A stretch of 64,000 nt of DNA from Elusimicrobiota bacterium. Lineage in GTDB: Bacteria > Elusimicrobiota > Elusimicrobia > F11. The stretch is from NCBI GenBank assembly GCA_044221725.1, contig JBGAON010000001.1:768001-832000 (forward strand), in the 5' to 3' direction. Positions within the stretch are counted from its first letter, which is position 1; each line of letters opens with the position of its first letter. The notes beneath the pieces are model-generated. The model was not told the DNA's origin and ran no database searches. It saw only the letters and a list, made by a program, of their open reading frames with translations. Positions 10,929 through 21,243 of this stretch are shown here, piece by piece. Made by a program: the position numbers and the translations under genes.

Positions 10929-11867
10929 ATGGAAGCGCGACTTTTTTTCTTATCAATTTGGTGTGGAGTGTACGGCTATCTCGTGCGTCTCGCTGCGAAA
11001 AAAGACGAATTGCTGGATAAGCCCGCGGTCGTCATGATCATGAACAGTCTTTTTTGGATGACCGGTGCCGCGATGCTCGGAATGCTGATCGCAAGTTATT
11101 CGGAAAAACTCGAGCAAACCACATCGTATTCGCTTGTTTTTGGTGGTATCGGACTTATTACCGGCGCAATTATGGGCTTCTACCGTTCTCAGAATGCGCA
11201 AAAGCGGGAAGCGTTAATCAAAGACAATCTTGAGTGGGCCGATACCGGATTTTCGGCCATTTTGTTGGCGTCGGTGGTGATGTTCTTCATTGTTCAGGCG
11301 TTCAAAATTCCGTCCGGATCGATGCGCATGACGTTTGTCGAAGGCGATCACCTTTTTGTGAACAAATTTATTTATGGGCTTCCAATTCCTCTCACGGAAA
11401 AAAAGATTCTTCCGATTAAAAAAGTTACGCCGGGGGACATCGTGATCTTCCGTTTTCCAGCGAAAAACGAAGACAATCCCCATTACGGCAAAGATTTCAT
11501 TAAACGTTGCATCGCGCTGGAAGGACAGAAGGTTGAAATCATCAACAAGCGCGTGTTTGTGGATGGCGTTGAGCGCGTGGAGCCGTACAAGCAACACGTC
11601 GAAGACGCCATTTATCCGAAGTCGACGTATTCAAACGAAGAGTTTCAAGAACGTTGGCAGACCGGACTTTTCGAAGGGATCGGTGGAAACGAGATTCGTG
11701 ACAACTTCGGTCCGGTGATTGTTCCTCCCGGTTGCATTTTTGTGATGGGGGACAATCGCGATCGGTCGTTTGATTCCCGTTTTTGGGGTCCGCTCAAGGT
11801 ATCGGCGGTCAAAGGGAAGGCATGGTTGTTGTACTGGCCGCTTTCGAGATTTCGACTCGCCAAATAA
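10929..11867 (+). CDS. lepB: Signal peptidase I with multi-TM N-terminus
   Basis: IPSGSM, DFIKRC, GDNRDRSFDSRFWG. Confidence 0.95.
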   Translation: MEARLFFLSIWCGVYGYLVRLAAKKDELLDKPAVVMIMNSLFWMTGAAMLGMLIASYSEKLEQTTSYSLVFGGIGLITGAIMGFYRSQNAQKREALIKDNLEWADTGFSAILLASVVMFFIVQAFKIPSGSMRMTFVEGDHLFVNKFIYGLPIPLTEKKILPIKKVTPGDIVIFRFPAKNEDNPHYGKDFIKRCIALEGQKVEIINKRVFVDGVERVEPYKQHVEDAIYPKSTYSNEEFQERWQTGLFEGIGGNEIRDNFGPVIVPPGCIFVMGDNRDRSFDSRFWGPLKVSAVKGKAWLLYWPLSRFRLAK

Positions 11868-11880
11868 ATTCGCCGGCACC

Positions 11881-12966
11881 ATGACCTCTCCGGTTGGTCT
11901 GTACGTTCATCTTCCTTTCTGTGACGCGAAGTGTTCGTATTGCGACTTCGTCACTTTTACGGATCGGCACGCTCAGATCGATTCTTATCTCGCCGCGTTG
12001 GCCGCGGAGATGGCACGTTATCGCGGGTGGCCGCTCCAAACGCTTTTCGTTGGAGGTGGCACACCAACGGTTCTTTCCCCAAATCAAATAGAAAAATTAA
12101 TGCGCAGCATTCACCAGACGTTTGGAATGGCCGGAATGACCGAAGCAACCGTCGAAGCAAATCCCGAGAGCGCCACGCGAGACCGGCTGAAAGCTTATCA
12201 GCACGCCGGCATCAATCGTCTGAGTTTCGGCGTCCAGACCACGAACAATCTATTGCTCGAAAAGCTCGGTCGACTGCACAATCGCGAAACATTTTTGGAT
12301 CGGTTTGAAAGCGCTCGCTCATTGGGATTTCAGAACATCAATATTGATTTGATGTTTGGTTTGCCGGGGCAAACATTGAAGGACTGGCACGAAACGTTGG
12401 AATCGGTCGTAAAGCTCCATCCGGAACATATTTCAACGTATGCTCTTAAAGTCGAACCCAGCACGAAGCTTGGTCGCGATGGGTTTGTGGTAAACGGCGA
12501 TCTTGAAGCCGATATGTATTTGTTTGCCGCGGACTTTCTCGTGGCGCACGGGTACGGTCATTACGAAATTTCCAACTTCGCAAAACCCGGTCGCGAATCG
12601 CAGCACAATCTGCTTTATTGGCAAAACAAAAATACCGTCGGCATCGGTATCTCGAGCACCAGCTACGTCGACGGGCGCCGGTTTAAAAACACGCCGCACT
12701 TGAAGACGTATCTCGACAAAGCGCGCGTGTCGGAACAAAGTTTGGTTGAAGACGTGGTGCTTGAAGCAAACGAGCGGCAAAAGGAATCGGCGATGTTGGC
12801 GCTGCGACTGAAGCGCGGCATCGCGCACGAGACATTAAATGGACTCGATGTGCCGATGACGCAGACGTTCCTTGAACGAGGTCTGGCCGTGCTCGAAAAA
12901 GGAATGTATAGTCTCACGCCGAAAGGTTGGTTGTTGTCGAATCTGTTGTTTGAACAATTCGTGTGA
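11881..12966 (+). CDS. hemW: Radical SAM heme chaperone HemW
   Basis: LYVHLPFCDAKCSYCDF, GGGTPT, YEISNF; start ATG 11881. Confidence 0.92.
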   Translation: MTSPVGLYVHLPFCDAKCSYCDFVTFTDRHAQIDSYLAALAAEMARYRGWPLQTLFVGGGTPTVLSPNQIEKLMRSIHQTFGMAGMTEATVEANPESATRDRLKAYQHAGINRLSFGVQTTNNLLLEKLGRLHNRETFLDRFESARSLGFQNINIDLMFGLPGQTLKDWHETLESVVKLHPEHISTYALKVEPSTKLGRDGFVVNGDLEADMYLFAADFLVAHGYGHYEISNFAKPGRESQHNLLYWQNKNTVGIGISSTSYVDGRRFKNTPHLKTYLDKARVSEQSLVEDVVLEANERQKESAMLALRLKRGIAHETLNGLDVPMTQTFLERGLAVLEKGMYSLTPKGWLLSNLLFEQFV

Positions 12967-13892
12967 GGGAGCTGAACGAGTTAATGGCACTCATCCCAAA
13001 TTGTCTTCCGCCGCTCAAGAAAAACGTTTCTATTCTCATCCCAGCGTACAACGAAGAAAAGGCGATAACGAACGTTGTCGCTGATCTCAACGACGCATTA
13101 AAAAATTCCGACTGGAAATACGAAATCATCGTTGTTGATGATTGTTCGAAAGACAACACCGTGTCGGCCGCCGAGAAAACCGGAGCCAAAGTTATTTCCC
13201 ATCCGAAAAACATGGGGTACGGCGGCGCCCTGCGCACGGGCATTGAGCACGCCGCCTACGATTGGGTTGCCACGATCGATGCCGATTGCTCGTACCCGGC
13301 GAAAGAACTTTTGAAACTTCTGCCATACGCCGATCATCACGACATGGTGATCGGCGCTCGCCAAGGGAAAAATTATTGGGGAACCGTTTTTAAGCACCCG
13401 GCGCGGCTCGTGTTTTTGGCGCTCGCACAGTTTGTGGTTGGCTACCGGATTCCCGACGTGAATTCGGGGCTTCGGTTGATGCGGAAATCCGTCGTTAAGG
13501 AAATGTTGCCGCGGTTGTGTCGCGGTTTTTCGTTTTCGACAACGATCACGTTGTCGTTCCTCAGCAGTTACCGTTTCGTCCATTTTGAACCGATTGAATA
13601 TTTGTCGCGCGTTGGTTCCAGCAAGGTTCGTTACGTGCGGGATACGCTGCGCACGTTGCAGCTGATGCTAGAGACCATTGTCTATTACAACCCGCTTAAA
13701 GCCGGCGTGCTGCTCATGTTGTTGCCGTTTTCTGTTGGATCCGCGGCTTTTCTCATATCGATCTTCGGTGAAGACGCGAACTGGTTTTTCTTTTCGATGG
13801 TGATGTATTGCTTCGCGTTGGTGTTTCTGGGTTTTGGGTTTGTCATGTTACTTCTGCTGCGCGCGCCCAAAAGGGCCACCGACCCGAGTTGA
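12963..13892 (+). CDS. GT2 glycosyltransferase (DPM/GtrB-like, C-terminal TMs)
   Basis: IPAYNEE, VVDDCSKD, NMGYGGA, DAD motif, DVNSG; two C-terminal TM helices. Confidence 0.9.
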   Translation: MRELNELMALIPNCLPPLKKNVSILIPAYNEEKAITNVVADLNDALKNSDWKYEIIVVDDCSKDNTVSAAEKTGAKVISHPKNMGYGGALRTGIEHAAYDWVATIDADCSYPAKELLKLLPYADHHDMVIGARQGKNYWGTVFKHPARLVFLALAQFVVGYRIPDVNSGLRLMRKSVVKEMLPRLCRGFSFSTTITLSFLSSYRFVHFEPIEYLSRVGSSKVRYVRDTLRTLQLMLETIVYYNPLKAGVLLMLLPFSVGSAAFLISIFGEDANWFFFSMVMYCFALVFLGFGFVMLLLLRAPKRATDPS

Positions 13893-16069
13893 AGAAAAAA
13901 GACCGCCGCCCTGTCACCGTCTCACCGGTTCCTTCGGAGCCCGCGCCGCCTGTTTGGAAATCCGTTCTCGGTTGGTCCATTTGTGTGTGGCTTGTTTTTG
14001 TTGTGCTCCGGTTCGAAAACAAGTTTCCGGTCTCGTTTGATGCGATGTTTTCGTACCTCGGCCAGTTCGCTGATTTTTCTTTTGTTCCTTTCCTAAAAGC
14101 GCTGTCCGGTTATTTTAAGTCGCTTATGCTCGGCGCGTTATTTGTCGTGGGCTCCGTTGGATGTGGCCACGTGTCGTTGCCCACTACGCTCAAGCAAAAC
14201 ATGTCGTTGTTGGGTTTGACGGTGGTGTCTTTCCTGGTGGGCGCAATGGAGTTCTCGTTCGCGCTGACGGGTCTTGGCTTTTTAAAACTTTACCATCCAC
14301 CGGTTTTGCTCGGACTCCTTATCGGTGCTGCGGCGGTTTCGTTTTTTCTCTCCCGTGAATTTCTGGCCGCAATTTACCGGGCGGTCTTTCCCATTCGGTT
14401 TTCTAAAATTTTCGCATCGCCGGCGTCGGTGCTGGTGGTGCTGTTGTATGCGATTGCGTTTTCGATGGCCTTCGTGCCCGAGCTTTTTTACGACGCGCTC
14501 GTTTACCATTTGGGTCTTCCACAGATGTTCGTGAACGAAGGGCGCATCGTGAATCTCACGAACATGTATCCGTCGCGCGCTCCGATGCTTGTGCACATGC
14601 TTTATGTAATGGGCGTGGGATTGGACGGCAGCACGTTCGCGAAGCTCATCAATCAGTCGTTCTTTATCGCTGGACTTGCTGGTATCACGGAATTGTGCAG
14701 AGTTTTTGGTTGGCGCCGCTTCGCGCCGTGGGCGTGTTTGTTTGTCGCTTCGATTCCTGTTGTGCAACTCAATATTTGGTCGACGGCGATCGACGCCTCG
14801 ATCGGCAGTTTTCTTGTAATGACCGTTTATTGTTTATGGAAATGGAGCGAAAGCGAATCGGATAAGGTCGCGTGGGCCTGTCTCGTGGGACTTTTTGCTG
14901 GCGCATGTTTTGCGATCAAGTATCCCGGCGTGGTCGTGCTGATGTTGACCGGTGTACTAATGCTTTTTCTTTCCTATCGACGAGTGAAGGTGTCCACTCT
15001 ATTTCTTTCCGGCTTTGTGTTATCGGTGGTGGCCGCCGGCGTTGTTTCGCCGTGGCTTGTCCGAAATTATGTTTGGACCGGAAACCCGGTTTATCCCATT
15101 GGCGCAAAATTTTTTGAGAGCCGCGGCTTGAACGAAGTGAGAATGATGGCCGAAAAGGATGTGACGAAGACGAACAAACCGAAGACAGCGGTTGAATTTG
15201 TCACGTACCCGTGGCGGCTCACATTCCTCGAAATTTCGAATTTCAACTTTGTTGGCCCGCTCACCCTCGGGCTTCTGCCGCTCGTGCTGTTGCTAAACGT
15301 AAAGGAGCGTTCGATTCGGTTTTTGGCATTGGCGAGCTTCGGTTATTTTGCGTTGCAGCTGCAGTTTCTCGGACAGATTCGCTACCTGATGGCCGGATTC
15401 TTTTTGCTCAGCGTGTTGTTGGCGGGTGGCCTGTCTGTGGTCGTCGAGAAATTGAAAGTGAGCGGTTGGTTTGTGCGTTCGGTCATCGTCGGAATCGTTG
15501 TTTACCAGATGGGTTGGATTTTCATGATGATGGAAGGGCAATATCATCCGTTGCCACTGTTGTTTGGAAAAATATCACGCAACGAATATTCGGCCACGAT
15601 GCACAACGGTCTCAATTTGTGGCCCTGGAACGTCATGAAAGAGGATCTGGAAAAGCTTCCAGAGCCGTGTCGAATCTACATTCTTGGAAACGAACAGGTT
15701 TTCGGTTTTCCCAAGCGATTCTGGTATTCGAGCGTGCACGATTGGGTGCCGCTTGTGTTGTGGGCGAACGCGAGCACCGACGGAAACACGCTCTACGAAA
15801 AAATGAAAAGCCAAGGTTTTACGCATCTGCTTGTGAACGTTCCGGAAACCATGCGGTTGGAGGGTTACAATCTTTTCCCGTGGAATGACACCGGTAGAAA
15901 GGCGTTCACGGAATTTGCGGATCAGCATTTGAATCTTGTGAACGTGAAGGGGATCGCCGGCTACGAGCATTCGGTTTTCTTGTTTGAATTGAAAGAGCAA
16001 ATTCCGCCGCAGCCGTTTGGCCAATTTGGTGTTTTCTTTCGCGACGTTTTTAAATTGGGAGCCAAATGA
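13889..16069 (+). CDS. Polytopic membrane protein, probable GT-C glycosyltransferase
   Basis: More than 12 hydrophobic segments; YDALVYHL, IKY, PWLVRNYVWTGNPVYP; TTG start overlaps GT2 stop. Confidence 0.7.
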   Translation: MKKKDRRPVTVSPVPSEPAPPVWKSVLGWSICVWLVFVVLRFENKFPVSFDAMFSYLGQFADFSFVPFLKALSGYFKSLMLGALFVVGSVGCGHVSLPTTLKQNMSLLGLTVVSFLVGAMEFSFALTGLGFLKLYHPPVLLGLLIGAAAVSFFLSREFLAAIYRAVFPIRFSKIFASPASVLVVLLYAIAFSMAFVPELFYDALVYHLGLPQMFVNEGRIVNLTNMYPSRAPMLVHMLYVMGVGLDGSTFAKLINQSFFIAGLAGITELCRVFGWRRFAPWACLFVASIPVVQLNIWSTAIDASIGSFLVMTVYCLWKWSESESDKVAWACLVGLFAGACFAIKYPGVVVLMLTGVLMLFLSYRRVKVSTLFLSGFVLSVVAAGVVSPWLVRNYVWTGNPVYPIGAKFFESRGLNEVRMMAEKDVTKTNKPKTAVEFVTYPWRLTFLEISNFNFVGPLTLGLLPLVLLLNVKERSIRFLALASFGYFALQLQFLGQIRYLMAGFFLLSVLLAGGLSVVVEKLKVSGWFVRSVIVGIVVYQMGWIFMMMEGQYHPLPLLFGKISRNEYSATMHNGLNLWPWNVMKEDLEKLPEPCRIYILGNEQVFGFPKRFWYSSVHDWVPLVLWANASTDGNTLYEKMKSQGFTHLLVNVPETMRLEGYNLFPWNDTGRKAFTEFADQHLNLVNVKGIAGYEHSVFLFELKEQIPPQPFGQFGVFFRDVFKLGAK

Positions 16070-17493
16070 GCGAAAAGATTTTGATTCTCGGCGCGGGTCC
16101 CACGGGGCTCGCCTCCGCCGTGAAACTCGCACAGGCCGGACGTTCGGTGAAGTTGATTGAACGGCTGCCGTGGACCGGCGGCCTCTGCAAATCCTATCAG
16201 CATGGACCCTTCACGTTGGATTTGGGTCCGCACCGGTTTACTCCGCACAACAAAGAAGTGAACGATTTTGTTTCCGATCTTTTGAACGGCGAATTGATTG
16301 TGGTGAAATACCAAGGCGAAATTTGGCTCGGCGATCGGTTCATCAGTTACCCGTTCAGTCTTAAAAACTTGCTCACGCAAATTCCACCGTCCTTGTCGCT
16401 CAAACTAATTTCGACATACCTTGCGGCGATATTGAGTCCGAAGAAATCGGGGGAGGTGACCTACGAAGAGTGGGTGATGAATCATTTTGGCAGCGAAGTG
16501 ACCCGTCTAATTTTTCGACCGCTCATCGAGAAGGTGTGGGGGACCCCGCTTCCCAAGTTGGCCGCACGCTTCGCGCGTCAGCGCATCGCGATTGCGAGTC
16601 TTTTCGAGATCGCATGGGAAGTTTTGACCGGCCGTCGGCCCGCAAAATTCCGGTCCGAGTTTTTTCCGGACAATTGTTTTCTTTATCCACCAAAAGGGTT
16701 CGGTCACATCATGGAGCGTATGACCGAGGAATTCGAAAAGGCCGGCGGCGAAGTGAGTGTGGATTCCACGGTCAAAGAAATCGTCGTTAATGGGAACAAG
16801 GTGACACGGGTTGTCTACGAAAAGAACGGCCAGTCTGTCACCGAAGAGAACCCGGCCATCGTGATGACGACAATTCCAATCCAATACTTCTTTGAAATCG
16901 TTAAACCCGTGCCGCCGACGCCTGTGCTCGAGGCTGCGAAACGTTTGAAGACGCGGCGCTTGATTCTTCTTTATTTGGTCTTAAACAAAGATCGTTATTC
17001 GAAAAACACGTCGCTTTACTTTCCGCCGGCCGAATTTCCGTACGGTCGCGTGTGGGAACAAAAAAATCACAGCTCAAAAACGGTCGACGTCCCGGGAAAA
17101 ACGGTGCTCGGTCTTGAGATCCCGTGCTGGGAAAGCGACGATCTTTGGAAGATGGACGACAACGGAATTTTCGAACGCGCGGTCGCTCCGCTCGAAAAAC
17201 ATGGATTACTGAATCGCGCCGATGTCACCGAATATTTCACGGTTAAACTGGGGTCGGTTTATCCGGTGTGGGATGTCGACTTCGAAAAAAACCTCAACGT
17301 GCTGTTGGAATACGAACGCGGAATTGAGAACTTGATTTTTAACGGCCGACCTGGATTGTTTTTTTATAACAATCTGCATCACTCGCTCGATATGGGATTC
17401 GTCGCGGCGAACCATGTCCTTTCGGGGCGCTCGAAAGCCGAAAAATGGATTCCCGATTCCAAGGCTTTTGAAGCGTTTCAGCTCGTCGAATAA
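16066..17493 (+). CDS. FAD-dependent oxidoreductase (amine oxidase/UDP-galactopyranose mutase-like)
   Basis: ILGAGPTGL, GGLC, DLGPHRF, YPPKGFG, GRPGLFFYNN. Confidence 0.8.
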   Translation: MSEKILILGAGPTGLASAVKLAQAGRSVKLIERLPWTGGLCKSYQHGPFTLDLGPHRFTPHNKEVNDFVSDLLNGELIVVKYQGEIWLGDRFISYPFSLKNLLTQIPPSLSLKLISTYLAAILSPKKSGEVTYEEWVMNHFGSEVTRLIFRPLIEKVWGTPLPKLAARFARQRIAIASLFEIAWEVLTGRRPAKFRSEFFPDNCFLYPPKGFGHIMERMTEEFEKAGGEVSVDSTVKEIVVNGNKVTRVVYEKNGQSVTEENPAIVMTTIPIQYFFEIVKPVPPTPVLEAAKRLKTRRLILLYLVLNKDRYSKNTSLYFPPAEFPYGRVWEQKNHSSKTVDVPGKTVLGLEIPCWESDDLWKMDDNGIFERAVAPLEKHGLLNRADVTEYFTVKLGSVYPVWDVDFEKNLNVLLEYERGIENLIFNGRPGLFFYNNLHHSLDMGFVAANHVLSGRSKAEKWIPDSKAFEAFQLVE

Positions 17494-17520
17494 AACAAAG
17501 TTAGCAGTCCCTACGGCTGC

Positions 17521-17549
17521 TTGACAAAAATAATCATCCCTGCTAGGCT
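17521..17549 (+). promoter_or_regulatory. Sigma70-type promoter of the hrcA-dnaK operon
   Basis: TTGACA (17521), 17-nt spacer, TAGGCT (17544). Confidence 0.8.
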
Positions 17550-17575
17550 TAGCACTCAGAAAGGATGAGTGCTAT
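17549..17575. promoter_or_regulatory. CIRCE element (HrcA operator)
   Basis: TTAGCACTC-N9-GAGTGCTAT directly upstream of hrcA; additional half-site TTAGCAGTC at 17501. Confidence 0.95.
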
Positions 17576-17582
17576 TTAAGTC

Positions 17583-18662
17583 ATGCGAATATTACCCACA
17601 GACGAACATTTGGCGCGCAAGCAGAAGATGCTCCAGGCGGTCGTCCATATATATATAAGGACGGGCAAACCGGTCGGGTCGTCCACCATTCTTGAGAACT
17701 ACCGTTTGAACCTTTCGCCGGCCACAATTCGCAATGTTCTAGCGGATCTCGAGAAAGAGGGGTATCTCACTCATCCGCACACGTCCGCGGGCCGAATTCC
17801 AACGGACCGTGGTTATCGGTTCTATGTGGACTCCATTGCGCAAGTTCAGAAACTCGCGCACGAGGAAGAGCAGAGAATTAAAGAAGAATACACTCGGCGC
17901 CGCCGCGAGATCGATGAATTGATGCTTTCCACCACGCGACTTTTATCCGCGCTGTCGAACTGCACCGGATTTGTGCTGCCGGGAAAAGTGGAGACCGAAC
18001 ATTTGCGCCGCGTGGAACTGATTCCGGTAAGCCACACGCAAATTTTGGGCGTCCTGGTATCGGACACCGGTTTCGTTCGTAATCAAATGATCGAAGTTGA
18101 ACGCGTGCCGGATGATGACACGCTTCGCAACGCCTCCCGTTTCTTGAACGAACGGTTGGCCGGGCTTTCGTTCAGCGATGCGCAGCTCCGGTTCTTGGAA
18201 GTGCTCGATCAATTTCATCGTCAGCGCAATGAGCAACTCGATTTGTTGCAAACGTTATCGAAGTATTTGTTTGGTGCCGAAGTTCGAAAGGACATTTATC
18301 TGGAAGGCAGCAGCAATGTTTGGAAATTCCCGGAACTGCACGATGTCGAAACAATGCGCAACTTTTCTCAGTTTATTGACGAGAAGCAAGCCTTGAGCGA
18401 GGTGCTGACGCGCGGCTTGACAAAAGACGGTTTGCAGGTGCGCATCGGCTCCGAATATTTTCCGGAGCTGAAAGATTTTAGTGTTGTGTCGTCGGGTTTT
18501 CACATGCACGGCCGGCCGATGGGTGTTCTCGGCATTTTGGGGCCGAAGCGAATGGAATACGAACGCATGATGGCGATTGTGAACACGGTGGCGCAATTGA
18601 TGGAGAAATTTTTGCAGGGCGAAGAATCGAAACAGCTAAAGGGGAAGAAGAGCAATGACTGA
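17583..18662 (+). CDS. hrcA: Heat-inducible transcription repressor
   Basis: PVGS, SPATIRN, HTSAGRIPT, GILGPKRMEY. Confidence 0.97.
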   Translation: MRILPTDEHLARKQKMLQAVVHIYIRTGKPVGSSTILENYRLNLSPATIRNVLADLEKEGYLTHPHTSAGRIPTDRGYRFYVDSIAQVQKLAHEEEQRIKEEYTRRRREIDELMLSTTRLLSALSNCTGFVLPGKVETEHLRRVELIPVSHTQILGVLVSDTGFVRNQMIEVERVPDDDTLRNASRFLNERLAGLSFSDAQLRFLEVLDQFHRQRNEQLDLLQTLSKYLFGAEVRKDIYLEGSSNVWKFPELHDVETMRNFSQFIDEKQALSEVLTRGLTKDGLQVRIGSEYFPELKDFSVVSSGFHMHGRPMGVLGILGPKRMEYERMMAIVNTVAQLMEKFLQGEESKQLKGKKSND

Positions 18663-19203
18663 CGTGCCGAAAAATTCGGAACCGGAGATTCGGCCGGAAC
18701 TCGAACAGAAACTTTCGGAACTGGAGATTCTCCGGCAGTCGCTCGAAGAGGCGAAGGCGAAAGAGAAGGACGTTTTCGATCAGTTGCTGCGTTTAACGGC
18801 GGAGTTTCAAAATTACCGCAAACGCAGCGAAACGCGCGTGGTTGAATCGCGTAAGGCCGGGAAAGAAGATGTGTTGTTGCAAATTATTTCGCTCACGGAT
18901 TCATTGATTCATGCGGAGGCGTCGACGAAAAACGCGACCGACATCGAAGCCATGAAGAAAGGTCTCTCGATGGTCCTTATGCAGTTTGAAAAATTTTTGG
19001 CGGATCAAGGCTTGAAGCCGATCAAAGCAAAAGGCGAAAAGCTGGATCCGTCGAAACACGAAGCGATAGCGCGTGTGCCTTCAACGGAACTCGAAGAGGG
19101 AACTATTGTTGATGAGATCCAACGTGGATACACACTGAACGATCAAATTGTGCGACCGTCGCGCGTCAGCGTCGCGGCCGCGCCAGCAGAAAAGAAAGAT
19201 TAA
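18655..19203 (+). CDS. grpE: Nucleotide exchange factor
   Basis: AEFQNYRKR, DPSKHEA, QRGY, RPSRV. Confidence 0.95.
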   Translation: MTDVPKNSEPEIRPELEQKLSELEILRQSLEEAKAKEKDVFDQLLRLTAEFQNYRKRSETRVVESRKAGKEDVLLQIISLTDSLIHAEASTKNATDIEAMKKGLSMVLMQFEKFLADQGLKPIKAKGEKLDPSKHEAIARVPSTELEEGTIVDEIQRGYTLNDQIVRPSRVSVAAAPAEKKD

Positions 19204-19205
19204 GC

Positions 19206-19276
19206 CGTCGCCCTGGAATGTCTCTATCCAGGGCCCATTTTAAGTGGATCCTGGCTTGAGACATGCCAGGGGGACG
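19206..19276. repeat. Intergenic REP-like inverted repeat
   Basis: Arms CGTCGCCCTGGAATGTCTC and GAGACATGCCAGGGGGACG, 17/19 complementary. Confidence 0.75.
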
Positions 19277-19310
19277 AATTAAAGAGACGAAAATTTAAGG
19301 AGGAAGTGTT

Positions 19311-21191
19311 ATGGCAAAAATAATTGGAATTGACTTAGGAACATCGAACTCGGCCGCGGCCGTGATGGAAGGCGGAAAGCCGACCATTATTCCGTCGGCA
19401 GAAGGAACAACGCTCGGCGGAAAAGCTTTCCCATCGTATGTGGCGTTTACGAAAGGAGGCGACTCTCAGCTTTTGATTGGAGAACCGGCGCGTCGTCAGG
19501 CCGTGTCGAACCCCGAAGGAACGCTGACCACGTTCAAGCGCAAGATGGGCACCGACTTTAAATACAAGGTGAATGGCAAAGAATACACGCCGCAACAGTT
19601 GTCGGCGTTCATTCTGCAGAAAGTTCGCCGCGACGCTGAAGCCTATCTTGGCGACAAGGTAGAAAAAGCGGTTGTGACCGTGCCCGCGTACTTCAACGAC
19701 AATCAGCGCCAAGCGACGAAAGACGCCGGCACGATTGCGGGCTTGGACATTGTGCGCATCATTAACGAACCCACCGCCGCCTGTTTGGCCTACGGTATCG
19801 ATAAAAAAGGCGCCGATGAAAAAATCATGGTGTTTGACTTGGGTGGTGGAACGCTTGACGTCACGATCATGGACTTTGGCGGCGGCGTGTTCCAAGTCGT
19901 GTCGACGAGCGGTGACACCCAGCTCGGCGGAACCGACATGGATAAGATCTTGATCGACCACATCGCCGAAGAATTCAAGAAAGAATCCGGCGTCGATGTT
20001 CGCAACGACGCGATGGCCACGCAGCGACTCAAAGAAGCGGCTGAGAAGGCGAAGATTGAACTTTCGACGACGCTTGAGACCGATATCAACCTGCCGTTCA
20101 TTACGGCCGATGCGTCGGGACCGAAACACTTAACGCAAAAACTATCGCGGGCGAAACTTGAACAATTGATTCGTCCGATCGTGGACCGTTGCAAAGCTCC
20201 AATTCACCAAGCATTGTCCGATGCGAAGCTTGAACCGAACCAGATCACGAAGATCATCTTGGTCGGTGGTCCGACACGCATGCCGGTCATCCAAAAATTC
20301 GTGGAAGATACGGTGGGGCGCAAAGTGGAACGTGGTATTGATCCGATGGAATGCGTCGCTATGGGCGCGGCCGTGCAAGCGGCGGTGCTGACCGGCGAGG
20401 TGAAAGACGTGCTGCTCTTGGACGTCACGCCGCTCACGCTCGGGATCGAAACGCTGGGAGGCGTCGCCACGCCGCTCATCGATCGGAATACCACGATTCC
20501 CGTGCGCAAGTCGCAAAAGTTCTCGACGGCAGCCGACAATCAGCCGGCCGTGACGGTGCACGTCATTCAAGGTGAACGTCCGCTCGCCAAAGACAATCTG
20601 TCGCTCGGAAATTTCGACTTGACCGGTATACCCCCAGCACCGCGAGGCGTGCCTCAGATTGAAGTGAGCTTCGACATTGATGCGAACGGAATCTTGAACG
20701 TGACAGCCAAAGACTTGGCGTCGGGCAAGAGCCAGAACATTACGGTTACCGCTTCGACAAAGATGAAGAAGGACGACGTGGAGAAAGCGGTCAAAGAAGC
20801 GGAGAGATTCGCTGAAGAGGACAAAAAGACCAAAGAGAAAATTGAAACGCGAAACGAAGCCGACAGTGTCGTCTACAACGTGGAAAACATGCTGAAAGAA
20901 CAGGGCGACAAAATCGCGAAAGAGGAAAAAGAGAGCATCGAGAAGGCGGCGGCGGCCGTCAAAGAAGCGTTGAAGGGCGAGGATCTCGAGAAGATTAAAT
21001 CGACCAAAGACGAACTTCTCAAGGCGTCGCACAAGCTGGCCGAGCAAATGTACAAAGCGGCCGCGGAAAAACAGGCACCGGGCGCGGCAGCCGGCACGGC
21101 CGGCGCGGGTGCCACGTCCGACGTAAACGGCCACGGGAAAAAGCCCGATGATGTTGTGGACGCCGAGATTGTCGACGAAGGCAAGAAATAA
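19311..21191 (+). CDS. dnaK: Chaperone DnaK
   Basis: [45 protein letters not shown]; strong SD AGGAGG. Confidence 0.99.
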   Translation: MAKIIGIDLGTSNSAAAVMEGGKPTIIPSAEGTTLGGKAFPSYVAFTKGGDSQLLIGEPARRQAVSNPEGTLTTFKRKMGTDFKYKVNGKEYTPQQLSAFILQKVRRDAEAYLGDKVEKAVVTVPAYFNDNQRQATKDAGTIAGLDIVRIINEPTAACLAYGIDKKGADEKIMVFDLGGGTLDVTIMDFGGGVFQVVSTSGDTQLGGTDMDKILIDHIAEEFKKESGVDVRNDAMATQRLKEAAEKAKIELSTTLETDINLPFITADASGPKHLTQKLSRAKLEQLIRPIVDRCKAPIHQALSDAKLEPNQITKIILVGGPTRMPVIQKFVEDTVGRKVERGIDPMECVAMGAAVQAAVLTGEVKDVLLLDVTPLTLGIETLGGVATPLIDRNTTIPVRKSQKFSTAADNQPAVTVHVIQGERPLAKDNLSLGNFDLTGIPPAPRGVPQIEVSFDIDANGILNVTAKDLASGKSQNITVTASTKMKKDDVEKAVKEAERFAEEDKKTKEKIETRNEADSVVYNVENMLKEQGDKIAKEEKESIEKAAAAVKEALKGEDLEKIKSTKDELLKASHKLAEQMYKAAAEKQAPGAAAGTAGAGATSDVNGHGKKPDDVVDAEIVDEGKK

Positions 21192-21243
21192 AAATGCGCT
21201 GTTTCCCCAAACGCAAATATTGTTTCGGTAAAGCGCCCTCCTG

